In this document: one piece after another, positions 1 to 11,093 of the stretch
Numbering within the stretch: the first letter of the stretch is position 1
Layout of the letters: the number at the start of each line of letters is the position of its first letter
DNA from: Histomonas meleagridis 2922-C6/04-290x
Lineage: Eukaryota; Protista; Parabasalia
Length of the DNA: 64,000 nucleotides
Assembly: GCA_020184695.1 (NCBI GenBank)
Contig: JAANOX010000277.1
Span: 62,001 to 126,000, forward strand
Direction of reading: 5' to 3'
Made by a program: the position numbers and the translations under genes
The notes under the pieces: model-generated
The model's input: the letters and a program-made list of their open reading frames with translations, nothing else
Told to the model about the DNA's origin: nothing
Databases searched by the model: none

Positions 1-870
1 GATAAATTTCCATATGCTTCAATAAGACAAATAGCTAAGTTAACAGAGATTCCAAACACTACTGTATATAGGCATCTTACTGAAAAGCTTGGCTATGAAA
101 ATAAACTTTTAAAGTGGGTTCCACATTTACTGACGGAAGATATTAAAAAACAAAGAGTCACTAAATCAATTCAACTTTTAAAGTATTAGAGATTGCAAGA
201 CATAACAGTTATAAATATTTTATAACAGGTGACGAGTCCTGGTTTTATTATGATTATTATTATGTTCGACAATGGATACCACGAGGAACACCACGAGGTA
301 CAATAAGCAAAAGGACTATTACGCAAAAAAAAGTAATGTTGACGGTTTTTTGGAATCCTCACGGATTTATTGTTATTGACTTTCTTTCAAAGGGAGAAAC
401 ATTTAATTCACAATATTATGTAAAATATATTTTATCAAAACTTTCCAAAAAGAATGGTACAAATCCTAAAAATGACACAAGAAAAATCACTGTACATGCC
501 GACAATGCAAAACCGCATACGTCGAGATTCACAACTTTATATATGGACTCCAACAAGCTCAAAAGGGCACCTCATCCCCCCTACTCCCCAGATATAGCTC
601 CTTCAGACTTTTTCCTATTTGGGTATGTAAAAGGAAAAATGGAAGGATTTCAATATGAGAGTAGAGAAGAGGTTGAAGAAAAAGTGACTTCAATATTATT
701 AAATATACCGAAAGAAACTTTGCAAAGCGTTTTTGACGAATGGGAAAAAAGACTTAAAAAAGTTATCGAAACAAATGGAGAGTATATTTAATAAACATTT
801 CATTTTTATAAATAAATATAAAAAAACTTAAAAAATGAGTGAGATACTACAGTTGGGGTGGAACACCCTA
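1..870 (+). mobile_element. Tc1/mariner DNA transposon, right part, with frameshifted DD34D-type transposase and right terminus at about 870
   Basis: Seen: GDESW (about nt 230), HADNAKPH and HPPYSPDIAPSDF motifs in one frame ending at 791. The upstream HTH/WVPHLL segment is in another frame, consistent with a 1-nt loss near nt 181. The terminus GGGGTGGAACACCC is followed by TATA. The motifs are established mariner signatures; the TIR boundary is inferred because the left end is outside the window. Confidence 0.9.
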
Positions 871-2705
871 TATATCCAAACACTGGTACTGAGGTTAATT
901 TTATATATAGCACGCAATCACCAAGTAGTACACTTCCACTTTCAGCTATTTTTAAACTTTGGATTGAAGGAGGTTATTATATTGATAATGGTGTAAATTA
1001 TAGTTTCGAAGGATTAGGAAGAAATTTCGATACACAAGAAGAAATTATAAGTGTTACGTCAATCTCAAATAGTGATTTTGAATCAATGAGTTTAGAAACT
1101 ATGATAAATTATGATATTATTGTTTTTGGTTTTATGGATCAGGGTGGCGGACCTTATTCCCAACCGTATAGCGAAACAGTTCAATGTGTTTCGCAATATA
1201 TTGATCTTGGATATGGTGTTTTATTTGGTCATGATGTTGTTGGGTTTTTTTATGGCAACTTATTTGGGTATGGAAAAATTACAGATAAATTTGGAATTAA
1301 GCTTGGAACAGAACCATGTCTCGTTTATGGTTATTGTTCACAAGGTTCAGTAAGTTCAAATTGGAATCATTATTCAAATGAAATCAAAGTTACACAACGT
1401 GGTTTAGTTACTGATTATCCATATCACATTCCATCAGGTGTTTTACCAATAAATTTAACACACACGAATTCAAATGCTGCATTTGGTGATGTTTGGGCTG
1501 AATTAGGTGAATTTGATAGTTTTACTTATGGAAATTTTACAGAAATAGAATCATATTCATGGGAACTTGACGGATATTCAGAATTAAGATATGGGAATCC
1601 GCATTATTATTTAACAACATATATAAACACTGCAATGATTCAAACAGGGCATACATTAGCAAGTGCAACATTATATGAAAGACAACTTCTTGTGAATACT
1701 ATTTGTTATTTATATCAACATGCATCACTTCAATATTCATATGATAATTCTGTTAAACCATTAAAACTCAATCCACCGAATATCAAAAGAATTTCAGGAG
1801 AAAGAACAATTGAAATCAACACTGATAATAAGTATGAAACAGAAATTATTAATTATAAAGTTGTTGGTAAAATATTATATGAAAATGTGTATGAATCGTC
1901 ACCAGTTCAATTCAATCTTACAACATATGTAAAAGAATATTATTACATTATTGATGAAAATGCGAACACGAATATCACAAAAGACAACATAAAAGGAATT
2001 CAAACAACAAATGGAATTATCAGGAATATTAAAGATGGTGATCTTTATATTCATGTAGCATCAATTGATAATTATGGAGTTTTAAGTGAGACATCGCATT
2101 TCTTTTTAGCGAAGGAACCATCAACGTTAACATTTACAGAATCAAATACATTCACTAAATTGAGTTCGTTTCCATTATTTACTTCATTGTCACATTCATT
2201 TATTGTTTCATATTCAAATTCATTTACCGAAACAATATTTTATAAAAGTTTTATTATAAGTTCTTTGACATTAACAAAAATTGATTCGACATATATTTAT
2301 GTTAATATATTTAGTAATTCATATGAATATGCAATTATTTTATATTCGACATATATCAAATTATATTCAGGATTTTATACTGTTTATCAATATAATGAAA
2401 AAGATATCCAAAACATTAATGAAACAAATTATATTATTATTATTTGTATTTGCATTGTAATTGTGATAGTTATTTTAATTATTATAATTTTAGTTATTTA
2501 TATTAAACATAAACATCAGAAGAATACTTCTATAGAAAAAGATAGTGATGATATAAAAGAAGGAGATATTTCATCAATTAACAATTTCTCAGCTGGACTC
2601 ACGCCAACTAATACAGAAGAAGATCCATTTGCTAAAGATTTTGAGGATGATAAAAAATTTTATTCATATTTAATATTAGAAAACAATCACATTTTGTTTA
2701 CATAA
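858..2705 (+). CDS. Type I membrane/surface protein, 5'-truncated by the mariner: DUF5057-like domain, S/T-F-T stalk, TM helix, tail with DPFAKDFEDD
   Basis: Seen: 615-aa ORF whose first codons (GTG at 858) lie inside the mariner terminus, and a hydrophobic run IIIICICIVIVIVILIIIILVIYI. The motifs GVLFGHD, THT..GDVW and YLTTY.NTAMIQTGH resemble a Firmicutes surface-protein domain (from memory; needs an HMM check). Confidence 0.7.
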   Translation: MEHPIYPNTGTEVNFIYSTQSPSSTLPLSAIFKLWIEGGYYIDNGVNYSFEGLGRNFDTQEEIISVTSISNSDFESMSLETMINYDIIVFGFMDQGGGPYSQPYSETVQCVSQYIDLGYGVLFGHDVVGFFYGNLFGYGKITDKFGIKLGTEPCLVYGYCSQGSVSSNWNHYSNEIKVTQRGLVTDYPYHIPSGVLPINLTHTNSNAAFGDVWAELGEFDSFTYGNFTEIESYSWELDGYSELRYGNPHYYLTTYINTAMIQTGHTLASATLYERQLLVNTICYLYQHASLQYSYDNSVKPLKLNPPNIKRISGERTIEINTDNKYETEIINYKVVGKILYENVYESSPVQFNLTTYVKEYYYIIDENANTNITKDNIKGIQTTNGIIRNIKDGDLYIHVASIDNYGVLSETSHFFLAKEPSTLTFTESNTFTKLSSFPLFTSLSHSFIVSYSNSFTETIFYKSFIISSLTLTKIDSTYIYVNIFSNSYEYAIILYSTYIKLYSGFYTVYQYNEKDIQNINETNYIIIICICIVIVIVILIIIILVIYIKHKHQKNTSIEKDSDDIKEGDISSINNFSAGLTPTNTEEDPFAKDFEDDKKFYSYLILENNHILFT

Positions 2706-3375
2706 TGCGAGTATAAAACATTTAATTATATTATTCCGGACCTCATTAAAGAATAATATTAATAATCATGCTTAAACGTATAATATTTATAATTTATTTA
2801 AGTTATAATTAGCAAAATTTCAAGATGTAATTTTTGAGTTCAGCTCGCACATTTCTATTTTTTTGTTAAATCAAATAAAAAAATTTATTCGAAAATTTTA
2901 GCTTTCTATATTCCCTTATAAAAGATTCATTATTATAATTCTGATGGAATTTTAATAAGATAAATTCCCTTAGTATTTTGATTTTATTAAACACGATCTT
3001 CTTGTGATACAATTTTGCGCGTTTTGACTTTTGGCGTTGCTAATTATAATGTTTCAACAGAATAACAAATTTAATAATGCTTTATATATGTAAATTCAGT
3101 ATTTTAAATGGAAACAGCAAATTTCATTGTATTATAAAATTATTTTTAATTATTTTATTGAAACTTTTCATTTCGAATATTTGGAATAAATATCACGAAA
3201 ATATTAATTACTTTTCATGTTATGTTGACTTCGTATAGGAAAACGTGTAAATGATTTATGATAAAATTTTTTGCAATTTATTTGTGACTCTGTTTCACTA
3301 TGATAAAATTTCAACAAAATCACTACACAAAGAATAACTTATTTAGAATAGATAAATATATGATTACATTACAAT

Positions 3376-4197
3376 TTATTCTATACCGATGTCTGATGAA
3401 TCGGCAAATTCGTATTCTTCTGTCGTTTGCTTGAGCTCAAATGGAAGTGAAAGTACAGTATCATCTTCACTTACAGGATCTCTGGTTTCCTTGTTATGTC
3501 TTTCTGGTTTTGCTATATGATTATCTTCACTTTCACTGTAAAGAAAAGAAATTGCTTTTGTAATGCTGGTGATTGCATTTATGATATCATTTTTCATGTT
3601 TGGCCCTTCTTGTATTCTTATTCCAATTGAGCCTAATTTGCGTGATATCGCTCTGGCAAGCTTCAAATCTGGTATTTTTGCGTCTTCTTCTGTTTGATAA
3701 AATGAAAAATAATCAACACCAAATTGTTGGGAAAGTTCATAAAATTCTTCATCTGTGGGAACTTTGCCGGTGAGCTCCCATCCTTTGTTGATAAGTTCTT
3801 TTGCAATTGGTGGGTATTTCGATGCTTCAATTCTTTCAAATGCTTTAATAGTAACATCATTGACAACAGAAAGACCTTGGCCAATTGCTATTAGTAAAGA
3901 AACTCTCATATACTTTTTTGTGGAGAGAGGTGTCTCAAGATATGATATTTCACGTAAATTTTTTTGTTTTGATATCCCAGTTAAAAATTCTAGCTTAGAA
4001 TCATTAGCAATAACTTTTATAAGGTTTGGTTGAGGTTCAAGTTGTTCTAAGGATTTTATTGATGTTCCAGAAATGTCTAAAATTCTTAAATCTGGCTGCT
4101 TTCCTAAGGTTTCAAGTGAATCAATTTGTAGATCTTTCAGACAAATTAATCCATCCTTTGGCTGAATTGCTCTGTTTTCAGTTTTGCAGCCTTCCAT
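3376..4197 (-). CDS. Leucine-rich repeat protein
   Basis: Seen: ATG start; LxxLxLxxT/N-type repeats (LRILDISGTSIKSL, LIKVIANDSKLEFL, LREISYLETPL). Confidence 0.8.
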   Translation of the reverse strand: MEGCKTENRAIQPKDGLICLKDLQIDSLETLGKQPDLRILDISGTSIKSLEQLEPQPNLIKVIANDSKLEFLTGISKQKNLREISYLETPLSTKKYMRVSLLIAIGQGLSVVNDVTIKAFERIEASKYPPIAKELINKGWELTGKVPTDEEFYELSQQFGVDYFSFYQTEEDAKIPDLKLARAISRKLGSIGIRIQEGPNMKNDIINAITSITKAISFLYSESEDNHIAKPERHNKETRDPVSEDDTVLSLPFELKQTTEEYEFADSSDIGIE

Positions 4198-4205
4198 TTA
4201 CACTA

Positions 4206-4219
4206 TTGGGGTGCCCCAA
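4206..4219. promoter_or_regulatory. Inverted repeat TTGGGG-TG-CCCCAA inside a 28-nt bidirectional intergenic region
   Basis: Seen: lies between divergent ATGs at 4197 and 4226; related motifs occur at 6504, 16359 and 63840. Function is inferred. Confidence 0.5.
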
Positions 4220-4225
4220 ACAAAA

Positions 4226-4699
4226 ATGGAAAAAGAAACAACAGAAAATCAATATACTTATTTTTGGTACAAAAGAAAATCTAATTTTTCTGTTTTCAGA
4301 GTCGATCTTAACCCTTACTTTTTTTCAAATATGGAATCAATCATTAGACATATTATGAATCATTTAAAATTAAATCGAACACCTTCATTTTATATTGAAA
4401 AGGATGGAACTGGTTCAACTGTAAAAGCTGATGGTATAACGGAGATTAGAAATAAACAAGTAATAATTGTTGAAAATGGAATGACACCATCAAGATGTTC
4501 TCCAGGGTTTATGAAGGAACACCGAAACATTGAAATTGTTGATAAGCTTTTTGCGTCATGGAATGACCTTATTGCTAAACTGAAAAAAAATAATCCACAA
4601 AATAGCGATACACCAATTCATGTTTTATTTGATTCAAATGGTGATTTTACCCCACGCTTCTTCGATGTTGCAAAAGAATTTGGTATTTCCGAAAGTTAA
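4226..4699 (+). CDS. Hypothetical protein, divergent from the LRR gene
   Basis: Seen: ORF with first ATG at 4226 (MEKETTENQ); no family recognised. Confidence 0.65.
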   Translation: MEKETTENQYTYFWYKRKSNFSVFRVDLNPYFFSNMESIIRHIMNHLKLNRTPSFYIEKDGTGSTVKADGITEIRNKQVIIVENGMTPSRCSPGFMKEHRNIEIVDKLFASWNDLIAKLKKNNPQNSDTPIHVLFDSNGDFTPRFFDVAKEFGISES

Positions 4700-4850
4700 A
4701 ACTTACATTATTAAGAATTCATAAACAAATGTTAACACATACTAAATTTTAATATATATTTTAATGTTAAAAAACAAGATTATAGACAATAAAAAGAAAT
4801 GGGTAATTAAATTTTTAAATACACATATATAGATTGGAATGCATTTTTTT

Positions 4851-5186
4851 CTAACCCCATGTTTTTTTTGGTGATCTCTTTATATAATATTTAGGAGAGC
4901 AACTTGATTTTTGCTGGGGTTTTTCAATTAACATGAAGGAATTATATTCCTCTAAATCATTTTCATTTATCGAAAAAGAGTTATTTGCTGAGTATGCATC
5001 AATAGTTTGAAACAAGTAGCTAATTTCATTTTTTAATTCATCTATTTTATCTTCCGTTGTAATACTATTTTTTGCTTGGCTTTGGAATAAATCAGTACTA
5101 TCGAGTTCGTGAATTGTCATCGTTTTTGACCTGCCATATGATCTTTTTGGGGAGTCTTTTGAATGGCTTGAAAAAAGGGAGCTCAT
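4851..5186 (-). CDS. Small S/K-rich hypothetical protein
   Basis: Seen: ATG-started 111-aa ORF; no family recognised. Confidence 0.6.
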   Translation of the reverse strand: MSSLFSSHSKDSPKRSYGRSKTMTIHELDSTDLFQSQAKNSITTEDKIDELKNEISYLFQTIDAYSANNSFSINENDLEEYNSFMLIEKPQQKSSCSPKYYIKRSPKKTWG

Positions 5187-5384
5187 GTTTTCGCTTTGTT
5201 TTTAAAGTTCTCCAACACCAAAAAAATAAATAAATGACGATAACAACAATTCAATAATTTATATATGATAAAGTATTGAATATTGAACTTTATAAACTTC
5301 AGTTTGCTTATAAAAAATGTTTATAAATAGTTTTTATTTTAAGTAAATTCGTTTTATTTCATTCACTCCGATTCAATACATTTA

Positions 5385-6470
5385 TTATTTTTTTGTTTGC
5401 TGTTTACCTTTTTTTCTTTGTCTTTCTTCATACTGCTGTACTTTACTTGTTTCGTAAACTGTTTTTCTTGCTTTTTCTGGCGTTTGTGTCTTCGTCGTTG
5501 ATGCCCCTGAACTTTTATCCTTTCGAATCGTATTCTGTGTCTTTGCTCTTGATTTTGTAGCACTTTCTTTGCTTCCTCCTTGTTGATACCAAAACGCGCC
5601 TCTTTGGTCCAAATAGACAAGTGCCTCTTTCACAAGCGATGATATCTTTTCATCCTCTTTTTTGCCAAAGTTTTCGGCTCCGCTACTGATTGATGCTTCG
5701 ATTTCATCTTGAAGCTCAAGGAGGTAATCATAATCAAGTTGAAGTTCGCCAAGAAATTGCTTTTTGTCTTCTGTAACAGTAAGAGGAGCAACTTTTTCCG
5801 GTAAAAGTTCTGCTGTTTTCGCAAGTTTTTGTTCATCGATTTCTTGTCGTGGAGCTGATCGATCTCGGGTCCCAATTGTCTTACGTTGATGCGTGACAGT
5901 GAAGTTTGGATTTGCTTGGAAGAGTTCTTGGCCATTAATGGAATCAAGAATGGCTGATCTGCATTTGATGACGCCATCACGAAATGCAGATATGTCTTTG
6001 CGAATAAAAAGACCACGTTGGAAGAAGACAAGTGCAAATTCAAACTCGCCCATTGAGAAATAAGCTTCAGCTTTGGTAAGAATTGCTTTGGGATTTTTTT
6101 CGTTATCTTTTAGAACAGCATCAACATCACGAATGGCATCCTCTGGTTGACCAACTTGAATATAACAGTTAGCACGATCAATTAATATGTTAGGATCTTC
6201 TTTTTGCATTTCCATTGCTTGGGTAAATGCATCAATTGCACGATGATATTCTTTGGCTTTATAAAGTGTACCACCTTCTGAAACAAGAGCTTTATATTTA
6301 AGGTTTTTAACTTCTTCGGATGATATTGGTTTCCCTGTTTTCTTTTTTGTAATTGTTACTACTTCACCTGTTTCTTCGTCGACCTTTTTAATTGTTTGAT
6401 CTTTTCCAAGAAGCTTTGCTGTCATTTGGAGACGAAGGTTGTATGCTGTGTTTGTGTTGAAGGTAGTCAT
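5385..6470 (-). CDS. TPR protein, TTC25/ODAD4-like (outer dynein arm docking complex)
   Basis: Seen: TPR repeats. KAEAYFSMGEFEFALVFFQRG and FLGELQLDYDYL resemble conserved TTC25 segments (from memory). Confidence 0.75.
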   Translation of the reverse strand: MTTFNTNTAYNLRLQMTAKLLGKDQTIKKVDEETGEVVTITKKKTGKPISSEEVKNLKYKALVSEGGTLYKAKEYHRAIDAFTQAMEMQKEDPNILIDRANCYIQVGQPEDAIRDVDAVLKDNEKNPKAILTKAEAYFSMGEFEFALVFFQRGLFIRKDISAFRDGVIKCRSAILDSINGQELFQANPNFTVTHQRKTIGTRDRSAPRQEIDEQKLAKTAELLPEKVAPLTVTEDKKQFLGELQLDYDYLLELQDEIEASISSGAENFGKKEDEKISSLVKEALVYLDQRGAFWYQQGGSKESATKSRAKTQNTIRKDKSSGASTTKTQTPEKARKTVYETSKVQQYEERQRKKGKQQTKK

Positions 6471-6547
6471 TTATTTCCTAAATAACGTATTTAGACCGTT
6501 TATATTGGGGTGGTGCAAAAATAATTTCATATCACATACCACAACCC

Positions 6548-7509
6548 ATGAATGAAAAAAGTTCTGCAATCATTATCAAACATATGAACTTAAACTGGGA
6601 TGAAATGTGGATTCGAAAGAACTTTTCACGTTTTGGTACAATAGTTAATATTGATATACCAATTCATAGAAATGGTAAGAAAAAAGGATTTGGCTTTGTC
6701 GAATATTCGAAAGAAGATGAGGCAAAAGCAGCATTAGAAGAGTTAAGTATTTTTATTTTTTAACTTCAGGTAATGGAACGATTGATAATCAAACCATAGC
6801 GGTTGAACCCTTTAATACAATTGATACATACAGGTATAGCGATGAAGAGTTTTCAGATTATGACGATAATGGTGGTAAAGAAAAGGCAGCCTATATCAAA
6901 ATTCCAAGAAGAGATATTTCGGGTAAATACAACAACATTCCACGTCCTTCTACACCACCAGATCTTCCTCCAATGCCACCGCCTCAAGCGCCTCCAATTG
7001 AGCTTCTTTACTCACAAAATCAAGAGGAAGAAAAACCGCCCAAAGAAGAATCAACAGAAGAAAGCAAAGAAACAAAGCGAAAAAAGGAAGATTCCAAACG
7101 CAAGAAAGGAAGCCGCGATTCCAGGGATGATAAGGGAAGCCGAAGTTCGAGATACGAAAGAGATAAAGAATCACGAAGAGATCGCGAAGACAGAGAGTCA
7201 CGAAGGGATAGAGAGGAAAGGGAATCCCGAAGAGACCGTGAAGACAGAGAATCGCGAAGAGATCGAGATCGCGATGATCGCGATTCAAGGAGAAACAGAC
7301 GCGACCGCGACCGAGAAAGCGACCGATCTAAAGAATCGCGCTCTCATGGCGATAGGCACAAGGAGCGAAAAGATGTCGACTGGAGCGAAAAGAAAGACAA
7401 GGAAAAAGAGCGCGAAAGGAGGCACGAGCGCGAAAGGAGCCGCGAAAGGTCGAGATCTCCACCGAGGCGCGTCAGAGGAGAATTTTCAGGTCGACATCAC
7501 AGAGATTGA
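6548..7509 (+). CDS. RRM + RS/RD-rich SR-like RNA-binding protein; exons 6548-6746 and 6770-7509
   Basis: Seen: RNP1 KGFGFVEY. Removing a 23-nt GT-AG intron joins EEL to SNGTIDNQTIAVEP, completes the RRM, and continues in frame into the RDRE-rich ORF that ends at 7509. Confidence 0.85.
6747..6769 (+). other. Canonical 23-nt spliceosomal intron GTATTTTTATTTTTTAACTTCAG
   Basis: Seen: GT...TAAC...CAG; the length (2 mod 3) is exactly what is needed to join the two ORFs. Confidence 0.85.
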
Positions 7510-7575
7510 ATTTAGTGATTTGCATAATAAATTTGAGAAATTGTGTGAAATGGTATATATAAGTTACAAAATCTT

Positions 7576-10130
7576 TTAAGGTATTATTAAAAAGATGTAA
7601 GAAATTAAAAGAAATTTTAATAACTCAGAGCGTGCATAAAAAAATGCTGTTTTAAATATATTGAATAATTTCCAAATATTAACTCACAACACCATAATAT
7701 AAAAAATTTATAGTGAATAAAGCAGAAAAATATCTTTTACATTAATATCAATTCCTTTTTGTGCAATAAGTAATTTAACTATTTCTATATAATCATACCA
7801 AGATGCTATCATAAGTGCTGTTCTAAATAATTTAAATAATTCCCAGATATTATTATGAAACAAAAAACAATTAAAATAAATTTCAAATAACACAAATAAA
7901 AAATTTGATCATTTATATTAATTCCTTCTTTTTCAAGAAGTAATTTAACGATTGTTATATGACCTTTTGAAGATGCTATCATAAGGGGTGTCCAAAATAT
8001 TTAAAATAATTTCCAAATATAATTTTGAAACATCAAATTATTATTATAAATTACATTTTTATAATTAATATTTATATCTTTTTGTGCAAGAAATAATTTG
8101 ACAATTTCAAGGTGATTACTTCTAATTGCAATTGTAAGTGATGTTTCATAATTTTTTAAATATTTCTATGAAATCCAAAATTTTTAAAACATATATTAAA
8201 TAAACAAAACAAATCATTGGGGCATTGACATTAATATTTTTATGTGCAAGAAGCAATTTAACTACTTCAATGTAACCTAAATCAGATGCAGCCATAATTG
8301 GTGTATAAAATATATTATATAATTTTCGAATATTACATTGAATTACCAAATAAGTTAAAAATAAATAAATACTTACTGTATTAACATCGATATCTTTACG
8401 TTTATAAAGTAACTTAACATAATTTACGAAATTTTTTTTTGTTGCCATCATAAGTGCTGTACGAAATTATTCAAATAATTTCTGAATATTATTTTTAAAT
8501 AAAAAATTCCTAAAAAAAAATATTGAATAAAACAAATAAAAATTCATAATATTGATATTAATTTCTTTTTGCGTAAGGCAGAATTTGACTAATTTTGTGT
8601 TTCTATTATAAATTGCCTTTTTAAGTTCAAGGCCAAAAAAGTATATTAAATTCCATGTTTAAAGAAAAAATATCAAATTATTAAAATAATATTTAAATAA
8701 AAGAAAATATCTTTTATATCAATATCTATTTTTTCACGTTTTGTAATGAATTTATATATTTCAGAACAATTTTTCTTTAGCCATAAAATCATTGATACTT
8801 CATATTCAAATTTAATCATTTTTTGATTGTATAAATATTTGAAAAGTTCTTTATTTCTTGATCTGATAGAAGAATACAAAATATTTTTCACATGCGTTTT
8901 AGTCTATTTTAAAAAATAATCAGCAAGAAAAATATTTCCTGTTATTATAGATTCTTTTATACATTCCTTATCAATTCTCATTCCTTCTTTTATTAAAAAT
9001 GCTAAAATTTCAAAGTTATAATATCTAATACATATTTTTCCTAATTTATATATATTAATAACTTTGTAACTTTTATTTTCATAAAGATAATGAAAAATAT
9101 CATTACGATGAAACATAATTGCTGTTTCATATGAATCTTCAAATGATGAATGATTTTGTTCACATAAATGAATTCCCTCTAATTTCCACTTGCAACTGCA
9201 TATTTACTTGTATCTTCTATTTCAGCGCAATTTATAAGTAAATGACGAAAACATTTAACTGATCCAAAAAATGCTGTATATTCAATTAATGAAACACCTT
9301 TTTTATTAATAAAATCACATCTTTCATTAAGTGATGGTTCAATAATTTGATTGAAATCAAAATTTGTTTGTGATGATATTTCTTGAAGTTTTCCTATTTC
9401 ATCATTTCGAATTATTTTTGCAATATCATTTGGATTATATCCTTCTTTAACATATTGTTTATGAAGTTCCCAATCAATTGCTGATCGTTTTTTATAATTT
9501 TCCAAATATATATATATATAAATATATAAATGAATAAAAATATAGGCCATCATTAAGGTATTCATAGTAATCTTCATCATCAGAGTAGTCATCATCAAAG
9601 TTATTTACATCAAAGTAATCAGAGGAAGTTATTTCTTCAGCTTTTTTATAATGCGCAAAATATAATGATTTCTTATTTTGTATTATTTCTTTTTTAATTA
9701 ATTTATTTTCATACATTTTTTGAAGAAAATAATTTGATTCCTGTGTTCTAAGGGAAAATAAGAAATTTGCAAAAACATCAATGACTTTATATATCTTTGG
9801 TTTCAGGAACTTAAAAATTTTTTTCTTCTTTCGCTTGAAGTAATTCCATGTAATCAAAACAAACGGTGAGATTTTGATTTTTTGACTTAAAATAAAAATA
9901 AATTAATTTACATATTATTATATTATATTATATGAATATAGATATTGATCTACAATAAATTTTAAAGTGGATTCAAATGATTGAATAATATTATTTTCAT
10001 TTAAATTAAATACAGTAGTCTCCAGATTTTGATAAATTTGAAGATTTTTATGGGGATTTCTTTCTTTTAGTGTTTGGATGTTTTTATCTTTTTGTTTTTT
10101 TCCTGTGGTGAGTGATTTCAACTTCCGCAT
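7576..10130 (-). pseudogene. DUF3447-ankyrin gene copy 1, decayed, with 17-nt-insert ankyrin linkers at 7.6-8.7 kb
   Basis: Seen: DWELHK/IIRNDEI/AAFFGSVKCF/AIMFHRNDIF motifs; in-frame stops near 9918 and 8904; a frameshift at a (TA)n tract near 9500-9540; six ankyrin units separated by lattice linkers, some with indels. Confidence 0.8.
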
Positions 10131-10238
10131 TTAAAGTTCACTCGAGTAATTTTGTTTCAATTGAGATTCAATTTTAAAAATAATTTAATCGTTTTCTGAT
10201 TCAAAAATGTATCGTATCAAACACTTTTTTATTACAGT

Positions 10239-11093
10239 ATGAGAACAAAATCAACGGAAGAACTTTCACCTATTCAAAATATTTTGTGTGGTTTTGCAGG
10301 AGTTGTAATTCCTCGAACAATGTTTGCACCATTGGAATCAATTAAAATTATTGCTATCAATAATGACGGCAAACCTTTATTCTCAGCTCTTAAGAAAAAA
10401 ATAGTGACTGAAGGTATCCCGTCTCTATGGAATGGCTTTTTATGTGATTGGATCCGAATTCCACCACAGTTTGTTGTGCGTTATATTTTAGCCAATTCCA
10501 TGAAAAAGATTAATCCAAATGGGCCAAAATGGCTTATAGACCAAGCGTCGGCCTTAGCGTCTGTTACTATGTTTCATCCTCTAGATGTTATTCATACTCT
10601 CATGACATATGATATTCGAAAATATCCATCAATATCTAAAACCATGGCCACCATTCTTAAAGAGGATGGTATTTCTGGGTTATACAGAGGTTTAGTACCT
10701 ACAATTTTAGGTTATATTCCATATCATTCCACACAATATTTTTCCACATTTCTCTTTAATCGACTTCAGCAATTCACGCCACGTAATGCTAGCTATTCTT
10801 TCTCCAACGATGCTCTCCTTAGCATTGCCGTTGTTACTCTGGCACAAGGTATCACATATCCATTCGAAGTTGTCCGAAAGCGAATGATGACAGACGAAAA
10901 ATTCCGCAAAAAATCGTTTGTGGATGTGTTTAAGCATATATATAAAACGCGAGGATTGAGGGGATTTTATGATTCGTTCGGAATTTCGATGTGCAGAGTG
11001 ATTCCAGTGATTTGGATACAACAAGCTGCAACAAGAGAATTCAGAGCGCTTTCGGCGAGATTTAACTATCAAATGAAATATCATAAGTTTTAA
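10239..11093 (+). CDS. Mitochondrial/hydrogenosomal carrier family (SLC25) protein
   Basis: Seen: three Px[DE]xx[KRH] signatures (PLESIK, PLDVIH, PFEVVR) and G..GLYRG / G..GFY motifs. Confidence 0.9.
   Translation: MRTKSTEELSPIQNILCGFAGVVIPRTMFAPLESIKIIAINNDGKPLFSALKKKIVTEGIPSLWNGFLCDWIRIPPQFVVRYILANSMKKINPNGPKWLIDQASALASVTMFHPLDVIHTLMTYDIRKYPSISKTMATILKEDGISGLYRGLVPTILGYIPYHSTQYFSTFLFNRLQQFTPRNASYSFSNDALLSIAVVTLAQGITYPFEVVRKRMMTDEKFRKKSFVDVFKHIYKTRGLRGFYDSFGISMCRVIPVIWIQQAATREFRALSARFNYQMKYHKF

Noticed and set aside
9498-9545. Frameshift in copy 1 explained by two more 17-nt inserts (a 40-nt AT tract)
   Set aside because: The phase fits, but the ends do not match the insert consensus; (TA)n slippage in a pseudogene is simpler.
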